A stretch of DNA of 62,875 bases, filler included. It is 6 parts of 6 records of this genome, joined end to end, with 100 filler letters (N's around TTAATTAATTAA, not from the genome) between each part and the next. Parts side by side here need not be neighbours in the genome. Positions count along the whole stretch, not along the records: positions 5,094 to 22,281 come from SRR20825010_6064; positions 22,382 to 48,162 come from SRR20825010_6066; 4 more parts are not named here. One strand, given 5' to 3'. The notes beneath the pieces were generated by a model, which saw nothing but the letters and a program-made list of their open reading frames with translations, searched no databases and was not told the origin of the DNA. Positions 19,436-29,307 of the stretch are shown here, in pieces (within the stretch, counting starts at the first letter, position 1; every line of letters begins with the position of its first letter). The translations under genes and the position numbers were made by a program.

Positions 19436-19443
19436 CAAAGTTA
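19436..19443 (-). promoter_or_regulatory. Bacteroidetes housekeeping -7 promoter element for lpdA
   Basis: TAACTTTG on the minus strand matches TAnnTTTG, about 35 bp upstream of the ATG. Confidence 0.6.
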
Positions 19444-19524
19444 CAAAACCATACTGAATCCACACAGGGACCATTTTAAATTAATTGGAATAAAAAAGGC
19501 GGACCTATAAAATTTGGGAATCCA

Positions 19525-19589
19525 CAGTGGGCAGTGGCAGTGGGCAGTTTTTTTGCTTATTGCCTACGGTCTATAGTTTACCGCATACT
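19525..19589. repeat. second degenerate inverted heptamer array
   Basis: CAGTGGG CAGTGG CAGTGGG CAGTTTT followed by GCTTATT GCCTACG GTCTATA GTTTACC GCATACT. Confidence 0.6.
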
Positions 19590-19677
19590 CTCACCTTAGC
19601 ACCCAATCCTTGAAAAGGAAATCCGTTCCGTTCCACAACCCATCCAGGTAGGCTGGGTTGTTTATTCAGTGCATAGT

Positions 19678-20172
19678 TTAGTCTTTGGGCACAAAATTTA
19701 AGGCCGCACCGTTAATACAATGTCTCTTACCTGTGGTCTTTCTGGGGCCATCGTCAAAAACGTGGCCTAAGTGACCACCGCAAGTGGCGCAATGTTCTTC
19801 AGTTCTGGCATAGCCCAGATTATAATCAACATCAAAAGCAACATTTCCCTTTACCTCTCGGTCAAAACTAGGCCATCCCGTTCCGGAATCAAATTTGTGC
19901 TCGCTTTTGAAAAGCTCTGTCCCACAGGCAGCACAGGTGTAGACCCCCTTTTGTTTGTTGTTCAACAATTCGCTCGATCCAGGGTTCTCTGTTCCTGCTT
20001 TTCTAAGGACATAAAACTGCATGTCCGTAAGCTGTTTTCTCCACTCTGCTTCAGTTTTGGTAACTTTAAACTGTTCCTTTTTTTTGGTTTCCAATTTGGT
20101 AGCCTCTTTTTCCTGTGAGGTTCCCTTGCATCCAATGAAAATTACACAAAGTGCGAATATTATTTTTTTCAT
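19678..20172 (-). CDS. msrB: peptide-methionine (R)-S-oxide reductase, lipoprotein form
   Basis: Lipobox FIGC; CAAC/CATC zinc pairs; KFDSGTGWPSF, GHLGHVFDDGP and RHCIN. Confidence 0.96.
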   Translation of the reverse strand: MKKIIFALCVIFIGCKGTSQEKEATKLETKKKEQFKVTKTEAEWRKQLTDMQFYVLRKAGTENPGSSELLNNKQKGVYTCAACGTELFKSEHKFDSGTGWPSFDREVKGNVAFDVDYNLGYARTEEHCATCGGHLGHVFDDGPRKTTGKRHCINGAALNFVPKD

Positions 20173-20275
20173 AGCGTATTATGTTTTTTTTGAGCTTCCT
20201 ACATTTAGACGAAATTAATGTGGCTTCCTTTCATTCCTTGACTTAGGCCTATTCTAAAGTTGAGATCCGAATGTA

Positions 20276-20311
20276 TAAAAATAGCCCTTATTTCTTGAAG
20301 GAAATAAGGGC
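20276..20311 (-). terminator. intrinsic terminator of the collagen-like lipoprotein gene
   Basis: Stem GCCCTTATTTC/GAAATAAGGGC followed on the minus strand by TATTTTT. Confidence 0.7.
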
Positions 20312-20334
20312 CAATTGGATTTTTGCGCGAATTT

Positions 20335-20910
20335 TTAGTCCAGTGTAAATCGCTTAACGTCTTTATCTTCAACACCAATGGCTTTCATTACTGCCTTAAT
20401 ATTGGATTTATCCAGTTTTGATGCAGCATATTGGCTTGGTAGAATAACAATTCTGAACAATTGATTGTCCGTAAACCCGGTATCCAAATTGGAGAGGTTA
20501 AAATTTCCATCAATAAAAATCTCAACATCTATAAAGGTATGGGCATTGGTATATTGTATGGTGCCTTCGGGTAAAAAGAAATTTTGTGGTATCAGGCTCC
20601 ATGCATCTGCTGTTGTGTTGTCTTGATAATCAACAGAACCATCATATCGGTATACCAGAACTGCATCAGACTCATATACTGGGAAACTGGTAAAATCAGA
20701 AAATGTAATAATGTAGGAATAGATGTCTCCTCCGGCATCATAGTTGAAGTCAATATTATCCACTTCAAATACCTGTCCTTGGATGCCATCCTCTCCGTCC
20801 TGTCCGTCCTGTCCGTCAAAACCGTCAAAGCCAGGAGGGCCTGCCGGTCCTTCGCAGGAGATAAAAAATAAAGCAATAAATGCGCCGAGTAATAAGGTAA
20901 CTTTTTTCAT
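20335..20910 (-). CDS. lipoprotein with a short collagen-like (Gly-X-Y) linker
   Basis: FISC lipobox then GPAGPPGFDGFDGQDGQDGEDGIQG; 9-bp DNA periodicity near 20791-20850. Confidence 0.8.
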   Translation of the reverse strand: MKKVTLLLGAFIALFFISCEGPAGPPGFDGFDGQDGQDGEDGIQGQVFEVDNIDFNYDAGGDIYSYIITFSDFTSFPVYESDAVLVYRYDGSVDYQDNTTADAWSLIPQNFFLPEGTIQYTNAHTFIDVEIFIDGNFNLSNLDTGFTDNQLFRIVILPSQYAASKLDKSNIKAVMKAIGVEDKDVKRFTLD

Positions 20911-21090
20911 AATAATTATTTTAGGGATTAATCAATTTCTATAAATGTTATTGTATTTTTATTGTAGTTTCAAAAAGCGTTCCAATTTTTATATCTATAC
21001 TTGCATAGTTAGGTTTTAAAGAAAACTTGTTGTTCTTATATCCAAGATATGGAACAAAGTTGTCTTAACTGTGCACTAAATAACGTAATC

Positions 21091-22281
21091 ATGACCAAAG
21101 TAGTATCCCATAGTTTATTTACGGATTTTGATATTAATCTATTCAAGGCGGGCAAACATTTCAAATTATATGAAAAGTTGGGATCCCACCTTATTGAAGT
21201 CAACGGGGTAAAAGGCACTTATTTTGCCGTTTGGGCGCCTTCGGCGCGCTCTGTTTCCGTTGTCGGCGATTTTAACAATTGGTATGAAGCAGACCATCAA
21301 CTGTATGTGCGCTGGGACGGCAGTGGTATCTGGGAGGGATTTGTGCCCGATTTGGGAAAAGGTACTCTGTACAAATATATTATTCACTCTACGAATCATG
21401 GAGTGGTAACGGAAAAGGCAGACCCCTTTGCCCGAAGCTGTGAACATCCACCTATGACGGCATCTATAGTTTGGGAAGATAAACACAAATGGGGAGACGA
21501 AAGCTGGATGAAGTCCAGGAAGGAAAAAAACGCACTGGATAAACCATTTGCTGTTTATGAAGTTCATTTGGGATCTTGGAAGCGAAAATCCAACAATGAT
21601 TATATGACCTATACGGAATTTGCCGAAGATTTGGTGAAATACGTTAAGGAGATGAATTTTACCCATGTGGAGTTTATGCCCATAATGGAGTATCCATATG
21701 ATCCGTCATGGGGATATCAATTAACGGGCTATTTTGCCCCTACCTCGAGATTCGGAAAACCTGAAGGGTTTAAACTGTTGGTAGATGCATTGCACCAAAA
21801 TGGGATTGGGGTTATCTTGGACTGGGTACCTTCGCATTTTCCGGAAGATGCCCATGGTTTGGGATTTTTTGACGGTTCCCATCTTTATGAGCACCCCGAT
21901 AGTAGAAGGGGCTATCATCCCGATTGGAAAAGTTTGATATTTAATTACGGTAGAAATGAGGTAAGGGCATTTTTGATCAGTAATGCCATGTTTTGGTTAG
22001 ATCAATTCCATGCCGATGCACTGCGTGTAGACGCGGTAGCATCTATGCTATATTTGGATTATTCCAGGGATGAAGGCCAGTGGGAGCCCAATATATATGG
22101 TAATAACGAAAATTTGGAGGCGATTTCGTTTATAAGGGAACTTAATGAAACCGTTTATTCCAGTTTTGAGGGAATACAGATGATTGCGGAAGAATCTACC
22201 TCCTTTTCAATGGTATCTAAACCAGTGAGTATGGGTGGCCTTGGTTTTGGTATGAAATGGATGATGGGATGGATGCACGAT
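21091..22281 (+). CDS. glgB: 1,4-alpha-glucan branching enzyme, 3'-truncated
   Basis: FAVWAPSA, YEVHLGSW, SWGYQ, LDWVPSHF, RVDAVASM, AEEST and KWMMGWMHD. Confidence 0.96.
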
Positions 22282-22381
22282 NNNNNNNNNNNNNNNNNNN
22301 NNNNNNNNNNNNNNNNNNNNNNNNNTTAATTAATTAANNNNNNNNNNNNNNNNNNNNNNNNNNNNNNNNNNNNNNNNNNNN
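22282..22381. other. artificial contig spacer
   Basis: 44 N + TTAATTAATTAA + 44 N. Confidence 0.98.
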
Positions 22382-24657
22382 TGATTGGCCTTTGGAGATG
22401 AGAGCGATGCCAATGCGTTGATCCAAATCTGACGGTCTTCTGCAGCCGCGTCCGAACGACTTTGAATGGCGGACAACAAGGTTGCTTCCGTGGATTGCAG
22501 CTTCCATTGCTTGGTCGCTCGCGAAATCCATCGCATCGTCGACGCCTTCAATTGGCCGGTGTCTTGTTTGGCCAGCCATTGATTCACGCTGGCGTTTGCA
22601 TTGGCAGGAGTGACGTTCTTTCGTGGTGCCGTCGCATCCAGCAATGTGCTGATGCGGCGTTCGACGTGAGTTGGATTTCCGGCAAGCAACCGATTCAGGA
22701 CACCGCCGAGTTGTTCTGCCGTCGCGACTTCGCCAACCGCCTGAAGCCACTGGTCATCGGCTTCGTCCGAAGAGATTTCTTCCCATTCGATGCGATCGAT
22801 CAACAACTTCGCTGCGTCGGCATTTCCAACGGCTCGGACTGCCCAAGCCAGCGTTTGCGGGGATTGTTGCCAGATCTCTTGCAGCGTGTCGTTGCCATGT
22901 TGCCAGTGCTCCGCCGTTTCGCGAATGGATTGCCACAGAGCAAAATCGATTGAGTTTTGCGAGGACAGCGGTTGGTCCGATGCGAGTAAACGCGAGAGAA
23001 TCTGGTGGAGCCAAACCGCTGATTCTTCGGTGTCCAATTGGCCGCATTGCACGATGACTTCCAGGGTCAACGCGAGGTCGGTGATCTCCGTCGCGGCACC
23101 GACCAATTTCGCCGCATCCGCCATGGCTTGTTTGGCAACGGGCGGATTCAGTGTTGTCAGTTGGTTGGCCGATCGGAATTGACTTCTCAGCCAAGCTGCG
23201 GCGTTGTCGGGAACCGAACTCGGATTGGATTTCCACGATTGAATGCGAGCCATCGCGGGAGCAGTCGCGATCGGTTGGACAGCCGCTTCGCGAAGCCACT
23301 GAGCTTCCAGCGTTCGCGTCGCCAGTTGTTTTCCATTTTGGTTGACCCATTGGTCCACCGTGTCGAAGAAGCCCGGATCTTCCAGGTGATCCCATAACGT
23401 TTGACGAGCAAATTGACGGACGGCAAGCGATTCGTCTTCGAGGTAGCCCAGCAGTTCGGATGTGGTCGCGGCCAAAAAGTCGGGCCATGGATCGAGTGGT
23501 CGATCGGGAAAGGACAGTCGCCAGATACGACCATGTTCGGTGTCGCGACGCGGATCGCGAAAGTCGACTTCGCCGTGTTGAATGATGGGGTTGTACCAAT
23601 CGGCAATCAGCACGGTTCCGTCGGGAGCCATGCGAGCATCGATGGGACGGAATGCAACGTGTTCGGTCGTTACCAGTTCGGGTTGTTGGCGGCTGATGTA
23701 GTCAGCTCCATTGGGACGCACACTGAATCGGCACACACGGTGGCTGCGGAAGTCATTGGTGACCAAGTCGCCTTGCCATTCTGGTGGAATGTGTGTTCCG
23801 GAGAGCACTTCCAAACCGCAGTGTTTGGGGCTGCCGGGGTTCAGTCCCAGCAACCATCGGGTCGCACCGGGAGAGGTTTTGAACACGGCATCGGGGAAGG
23901 CGTGGGTGATGCCATCAAAGGCGGCTCCATCGGTCACGAAGGATTCGCCGGAACGATTGACGATGTGCCCCCACGGATTGATGAATCCTTTGCAGAAAAT
24001 ATCCAGTTGTCCGGTGCTGGGGCGATAACGCCAAATGCCACCTCCGTCCAAGCGTTTGGTTCCATCGGGCGTGTCGATGTGCGAGTGAATGTAGATGGAT
24101 TGGTTGAAGTACAAGCATCCGTCGGGACCCCAACGAAGTGTGTGAACCAAGTGGTGTGTGTCCTCGGTTCCGAATCCGCTCATCACAACGCGTCGTTCAT
24201 CGGCAACACCATCGTGGTCGGTGTCTTTGAAGTACAGCAGTTCGGTGCTGGCCGCGACGTAGGCGGCGTGGGGCCCGTCGGGGATCACACCCGTGGGGAT
24301 CAATAACCCGTCCGCGAAAACGGTGCTGGATTCGGCGACGCCGTCTTTGTCCAAATCTCGTAGCACGACAATTTGGTCGTTGGGTATCTCGCCCGGTTTG
24401 ACTTGCGGGTACGACTCGCTGCTGGCCACCCACAGTGCCCCCGTGCAGTCGAAGTTCATCTGAATCGGTTTGCGAATCGCGGGATCCGACGCGAAAAGAT
24501 TGATCGCCGCTTTGGGATCCAACTTCATCGCCGCCGCTTCCGCGTTCGGATCAGGTTTCGGGATGTCAGTCAGGTCTCGTTGAGCGTTTGCAACGGGTGC
24601 AAAACAGAAGAGACAAACCGCAAAACAAAGCGAAAGAGGGGGGCGCCGGAGATTCAT
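22382..24657 (-). CDS. PVC-type membrane-bound dehydrogenase-like beta-propeller/helical-repeat protein, 3'-truncated
   Basis: Signal peptide; LFASDP..KPIQMNFD, GFGTEDTHH, FRPID and ADWYNPIIQHGEVDFRDPRRD. The CxxCH domain expected in this family would lie beyond the contig end. Confidence 0.8.
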
Positions 24658-24806
24658 TCTTGGGATTCAATTCTTGACAGAAAATCAGGATGGGCTCTTC
24701 TAGTTTCCACACGAACGCTAACAATCTATCAGGTTTTCGTCCCGAAACTGCCATCCTACGACACTCCATTTGGCGTGCCCCCACCTAGCGAACCCGTAAG
24801 CCCGGA

Positions 24807-25946
24807 ATGACCGCCGCACCCGCCTCCGTTCGACTCTTTCAGACTCACGAGATGGAGGCATTGCGCCGCGATCGTCGTTTGGATCCGCAGGTGTTTCGGA
24901 AACTGCGAAACGATCTGCTGAAGAAGTTTGAATCCGACGAAGCGGTTTTAGAGAAGTATCCGGTGGCTGAGGCGATCGAACTTCACTCGTTGAAGCTGTA
25001 TCAACGGATGGATTCTGAGATCGACGGAGCGACCAAGCTGCTATTCGAAACCGAGTCGGGCATGCTGATCGAATCCGTGATCCTTCGCATCGCGACGGGA
25101 CGCACGACGTTGTGCGTCTCAAGCCAAATTGGATGTGCCGCCGCGTGTGACTTTTGCGCGACCGGCAAAATGGGAATTGCGAAGAACTTGGCAACCGAAG
25201 AGATCTTGGACCAAGTCGTTCAAGCCGGGCAAATTCTACGAGGTGAAGACCGACGACTGAGCAACATCGTTTTCATGGGAATGGGCGAACCGTTGCACAA
25301 CGAAGTGAACGTGACCGAAGCGATCGAGTTGTTGACGGCGTCCGATCACTTCGCACGCTCGCCGTCGATGGTTTTGGTCTCAACGGTCGGTGTTCCCGCA
25401 GGGATGCTTCGGTTGGCAAAGAGATTCCCAAAACTCAATTTGGCTCTCAGTCTGCATTCCGCTGATCAATCCACTCGCGAAAAGATCATTCCGCTGGGCA
25501 AGAAGGCATCGCTAACGCAACTACACGACACGATTCACGAGATTCAAGCGATCCAAGATCGTGAGTTCATGATCGAATACTTGATGCTTCGTGATGTGAA
25601 TGATTCCGCGAAGGACGCAAATCGGTTGATCGATTGGATTGGCGATCTGCGAGTGCATGTGAACTTGATCCCGTACAACACGATCGAAGCGTCCCCTCAT
25701 CTGCACGCGTCACCGCGACCGGTCATCGAATCGTTCGCTGACATCCTGAAGGCATCCGGTTTGAAGACCACGGTGCGATACAGTTTGGGCAATGACATCG
25801 AAGCGGCGTGCGGGCAATTGATTCGCCAGGAAAATCGTCAGCGAGCCATGCTGGCACGGCGGACCGAGTCGAAATCCGACTCACATGTTGGCTTCCTCGA
25901 CGTGCGGCAAGTCGTCGATGGTCTCGAGTCCCAGAAGAACAAGTAA
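24807..25946 (+). CDS. rlmN: RlmN/Cfr family radical SAM RNA methyltransferase
   Basis: SSQIGCAAACDFCATG (CX3CX2C), FMGMGEP, SLH and DIEAACGQL. Confidence 0.85.
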   Translation: MTAAPASVRLFQTHEMEALRRDRRLDPQVFRKLRNDLLKKFESDEAVLEKYPVAEAIELHSLKLYQRMDSEIDGATKLLFETESGMLIESVILRIATGRTTLCVSSQIGCAAACDFCATGKMGIAKNLATEEILDQVVQAGQILRGEDRRLSNIVFMGMGEPLHNEVNVTEAIELLTASDHFARSPSMVLVSTVGVPAGMLRLAKRFPKLNLALSLHSADQSTREKIIPLGKKASLTQLHDTIHEIQAIQDREFMIEYLMLRDVNDSAKDANRLIDWIGDLRVHVNLIPYNTIEASPHLHASPRPVIESFADILKASGLKTTVRYSLGNDIEAACGQLIRQENRQRAMLARRTESKSDSHVGFLDVRQVVDGLESQKNK

Positions 25947-26762
25947 CCGCTCGGCGGGATAGAACCGGGAAACCAGTTTGTCACTGCCCTCGCCCGGTTC
26001 TCGTTTCACTTCGACGAGTCGGCGACGAACCATTTGATTGAGCAGCGAGCCGCTGTCGCGTCCTCGCAAATCGGTGACTCGGGCTGATGTGATGCCGGGT
26101 TGGTAAGCGACCAAGGACAGCACTTCGACGGCGGATTGGTTCAGTCGCGTTTCGCGAATTTTGCCGGTGAAAGCGGCGCGAACCGATTCCACGTCGGGGG
26201 CGACCACCATCCGGTACCCGCCGTCTTGTTCGATAATTCGAATCCCCTGTCGTTCTGCACGATAGGACGCATTGAGTTTGTCGATGATGTCAACGACTTC
26301 CTCCGGTGAAAAGCCACGCATGATCGAGGCGAGACGAGGTGGTGTCAGAGGCAGGTTCTCTGGGTGGCCGACAAACAAGGCTGCTTCCACGATGGCTTCG
26401 GGAGTGGCGGCTTGTTCGGCGGAGGCCTCTGATTCGGCTGAGCTTTGCGCCGCGACTGCCAGGGCTTCGTCGCTGTCAGGATCTTCTTCGATAAACTCTT
26501 CGGCCGATTCGTTTTCGTTTGGGTTGGGATCCGGTTCGGAGCGCAACAATTCGGCGGGGTCCAGATCCGCCGGTGTTTCGTCACCGCTTTCCGACATCGC
26601 TGCAACTCGGGCGTAGGCGGCTCCGAGTTGTTCCAGCGAGAAACCTTCCTCGTCGTCATCGATTTCGCCTGCGTTCTCAGACAGTTCGTTTTCCGGTGTT
26701 TCGTTTTCAGCGTGCCCGTCTTGGACGTGCTCGTCTTCGGGTGAGTCGGTAGGTTCATTCAT
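25881..26762 (-). CDS. scpB: SMC-ScpAB complex subunit ScpB with long acidic N-terminus
   Basis: IVEAALF, EVLSLVAYQPGIT..VTDLRG and LGLETIDDLP. Confidence 0.85.
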   Translation of the reverse strand: MNEPTDSPEDEHVQDGHAENETPENELSENAGEIDDDEEGFSLEQLGAAYARVAAMSESGDETPADLDPAELLRSEPDPNPNENESAEEFIEEDPDSDEALAVAAQSSAESEASAEQAATPEAIVEAALFVGHPENLPLTPPRLASIMRGFSPEEVVDIIDKLNASYRAERQGIRIIEQDGGYRMVVAPDVESVRAAFTGKIRETRLNQSAVEVLSLVAYQPGITSARVTDLRGRDSGSLLNQMVRRRLVEVKREPGEGSDKLVSRFYPAERLLVLLGLETIDDLPHVEEANM

Positions 26763-27351
26763 GGAAGTTCTGTCGCAATTGTTTCATGCCTCGGTGCAGC
26801 AGTCCCGCGACCGATCCAGTGGTCTTGTCCATTCGCTCGGCGACTTCGGACAGTTTCAATCCTTCGAGGTAATGCATCGCGATCGCGTCACGCTGGGCCT
26901 CGGGCAACGATTCAATCGCATCGGCCAATGAGACCAGCGATTCACCCACCATCGCGTGCTGGCTTGGAGTGCCGACATCTCCGGCTAGCAAGCCTTCCAG
27001 CCGCATGGATGATTGAGCCACCCGCTGTTCCATCGATTGTTCGCGGCGAATGTCGCGTTTGTCGCGGTGCAGATCACGATCCAGGTGACACATTTGCCGC
27101 ACCAGAATCTTCCGCAACCAAGCCCGCCATTCGGCTTCTGTAGTGCCGCGATATTGATCGATGGCCGCAACGGCTTGCATCATTGTTTGTTGAACGATGT
27201 CGGATGCACCCAGTTTGGCTTTGTAGCTCGCTCGCATCTGCATTCGAGCCAACATTCTCAAATACGGCTCGTACCGAGCGATTTCTTCGGCTCGGGCGGG
27301 CGATTCGTGGGGCTCGGTAGGGGTGGGTTCGGAGGGATCGTTGGACGTCAT
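26755..27351 (-). CDS. planctomycete-type ECF sigma factor
   Basis: LGASDIVQQT, AWLRKIL, TPSQ and region 4 LEGLKLSEVAERM..VAGLLHRG; start uncertain. Confidence 0.88.
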   Translation of the reverse strand: MTSNDPSEPTPTEPHESPARAEEIARYEPYLRMLARMQMRASYKAKLGASDIVQQTMMQAVAAIDQYRGTTEAEWRAWLRKILVRQMCHLDRDLHRDKRDIRREQSMEQRVAQSSMRLEGLLAGDVGTPSQHAMVGESLVSLADAIESLPEAQRDAIAMHYLEGLKLSEVAERMDKTTGSVAGLLHRGMKQLRQNFHE

Positions 27352-27478
27352 CGTTGGTTCGATCGGGTTTGTCGCTTCGCGGGTTGCCAGCGGACCGTTA
27401 CAGTAGCAGAACTTTCCGGGCGGATTGGAGACGTTCCGGACACATTTCATTGCCTGAAACCGTTTGATTGATCGCCTG

Positions 27479-28564
27479 ATGGCTCGCGAAGCAATTTACC
27501 AACAATCGAATCCAGACCCTGGCGGGGATCCGCCGGAAGACGGTCCTCCGCATGGAAAAAACGCCGCGGATGGTGGCGATGAGCCCGATCGCGGTCCTGA
27601 TCCGGATGTGACCCTGCGCCCACAGCGCATGGCGGAAATGGTCGGTCAGCAGGATGTGATCGAGCGACTGCGAATCGCGATCGACGCAGCTCAAGTGCGT
27701 GGTGAACCTCTGGGGCACATCCTGTTCGATGGACCGCCCGGACTAGGAAAAACCACGTTTGCGACGGTCATTCCTTCGGAAATGAAAACGACCGTTCAAA
27801 TGGCCAATGGTGCCGGGCTGAAAGCACCACGGGATCTGCTGCCGTACCTGACGAACGTCTCGCGAGGATCGGTGTTGTTCATCGACGAGATTCACCGGGT
27901 CCCGAGGGCGATCGAAGAATACCTGTACACGGCGATGGAGGATTTTCGAATCGACATCGTGCTGGGGGAAGGCGTTAACGCGCGAACGTTGAATTTGAGT
28001 TTGGAACCATTCACGTTGATCGGTGCGACCACGCGAGCGGGGATGTTGACCGCTCCGCTGCGAGATCGATTCCAAATCCGCGAGCACTTGGGATGGTACA
28101 CGCGGAAAGAGTTGGCGGAGATCGTGCTTCGCAACTCGAAGAAGCTGAACATCGAAGTGGACCCAACATCGGCCGGAGTCATTGCGGATCGAAGTCGCAG
28201 CACACCTCGATTGGCCAACAACCGATTGCTTTGGGTCCGCGACTACGCCCAAAGCAAAACGAAAGGCAATGTGGAAGCGAGTGTCTGCGAAGCCGCGTTA
28301 GATATGATCGGGATCGATCATCTGGGGCTCGACAAGCAAGATCGCAATTACTTGGACACCCTGATGCGAGTATTTCTCGGCGGGCCAGCCGGGTTGGACG
28401 CGATCGCTCACACGATGAACGTCAGCTCGGACACGCTCGAAGACGAAGTCGAGCCGTTTCTGCTAAGAAGCGAGTTGTTGGTTCGAACCCGGCGAGGACG
28501 CCTGGCAACTCCAAAAGCGTTTGAGCACATGAAGCGGCAAATGCCGGATCGGCCGCTTTCTTAG
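27479..28564 (+). CDS. ruvB: Holliday junction branch migration helicase RuvB
   Basis: LRPQ, GPPGLGKTT, FIDEIHR, MEDF, GATTRAG..PLRDRF and EPFL..RTRRGR. Confidence 0.97.
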   Translation: MAREAIYQQSNPDPGGDPPEDGPPHGKNAADGGDEPDRGPDPDVTLRPQRMAEMVGQQDVIERLRIAIDAAQVRGEPLGHILFDGPPGLGKTTFATVIPSEMKTTVQMANGAGLKAPRDLLPYLTNVSRGSVLFIDEIHRVPRAIEEYLYTAMEDFRIDIVLGEGVNARTLNLSLEPFTLIGATTRAGMLTAPLRDRFQIREHLGWYTRKELAEIVLRNSKKLNIEVDPTSAGVIADRSRSTPRLANNRLLWVRDYAQSKTKGNVEASVCEAALDMIGIDHLGLDKQDRNYLDTLMRVFLGGPAGLDAIAHTMNVSSDTLEDEVEPFLLRSELLVRTRRGRLATPKAFEHMKRQMPDRPLS

Positions 28565-28703
28565 CGTCGTATGATCTCATGGTCCGAGAGCAACGAAACT
28601 CAGCGAATTCTCGGTGATTTTGCGAGAGATTGCCAAGATGGGGGCTCGTCCAACGAAGAAGGTTTGAGATCACACCGGCCCCTATCAATGATTGACAGCA
28701 ACG

Positions 28704-29258
28704 ATGAATGTCACCGACGAAACCGTTCTTTGGGAAGCGGAATTCAATCCCAAAGTCAAAGTGTATTGGTTGATCAGTGCCGTTCTGACCTCGTTGCTGA
28801 CGATCTTTCTGATCCCGCTGCTGCCATTGATCGCACCGATTGCTTGGTATGTGTCGGGTTTGTATTTGAAGAGCCACCATTGCACGCTGACCGAGCGAAC
28901 GCTGAAAGTCAGTCGTGGTGTTTTGGTGCGGCAAGAGAAGACGGTGCCCTTGGACCGGATCACGGACTTGGGTTTGGTTCAAGGACCGATCATGCGGGCA
29001 CTGGAGCTGGAAGCCGTCAGCGTGGAGACGGCGGGCCAGTCTGGACCGGGCTCTTTAGTCCGCCTCACTGGCATCCGAAATGGTCGAGCTTTTCGCGATG
29101 CGGTGTTGAAGCAACGCGACATGGTCGCCGGAGGCGAGCCCGCACGTTTGACTGCTACCACCCAGCCCGAGCTGCCACAGGAAGCCAACGTTCAAACGAC
29201 ATTGATCGAGATCCGCGACATCCTGAAACGGATCGAAGCTCGATCAACGTCGCTGTAG
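28704..29258 (+). CDS. bacterial PH-domain (bPH_2-like) membrane protein
   Basis: Two TMs followed by RGVLVRQEKTVPLDRITD..QGPIMR..VETAG. Confidence 0.8.
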   Translation: MNVTDETVLWEAEFNPKVKVYWLISAVLTSLLTIFLIPLLPLIAPIAWYVSGLYLKSHHCTLTERTLKVSRGVLVRQEKTVPLDRITDLGLVQGPIMRALELEAVSVETAGQSGPGSLVRLTGIRNGRAFRDAVLKQRDMVAGGEPARLTATTQPELPQEANVQTTLIEIRDILKRIEARSTSL

Positions 29259-29307
29259 GCCCGGTCTCCGTAAGCGAGCTACAGGTTTTGGACGACGAGC
29301 TGCGGGT

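Noticed and set aside
22462..24810. Many plus-strand ORFs over the PVC-type protein, including 23401-24306
   Set aside because: Antisense shadows without motifs; the minus-strand gene has clear family signatures.
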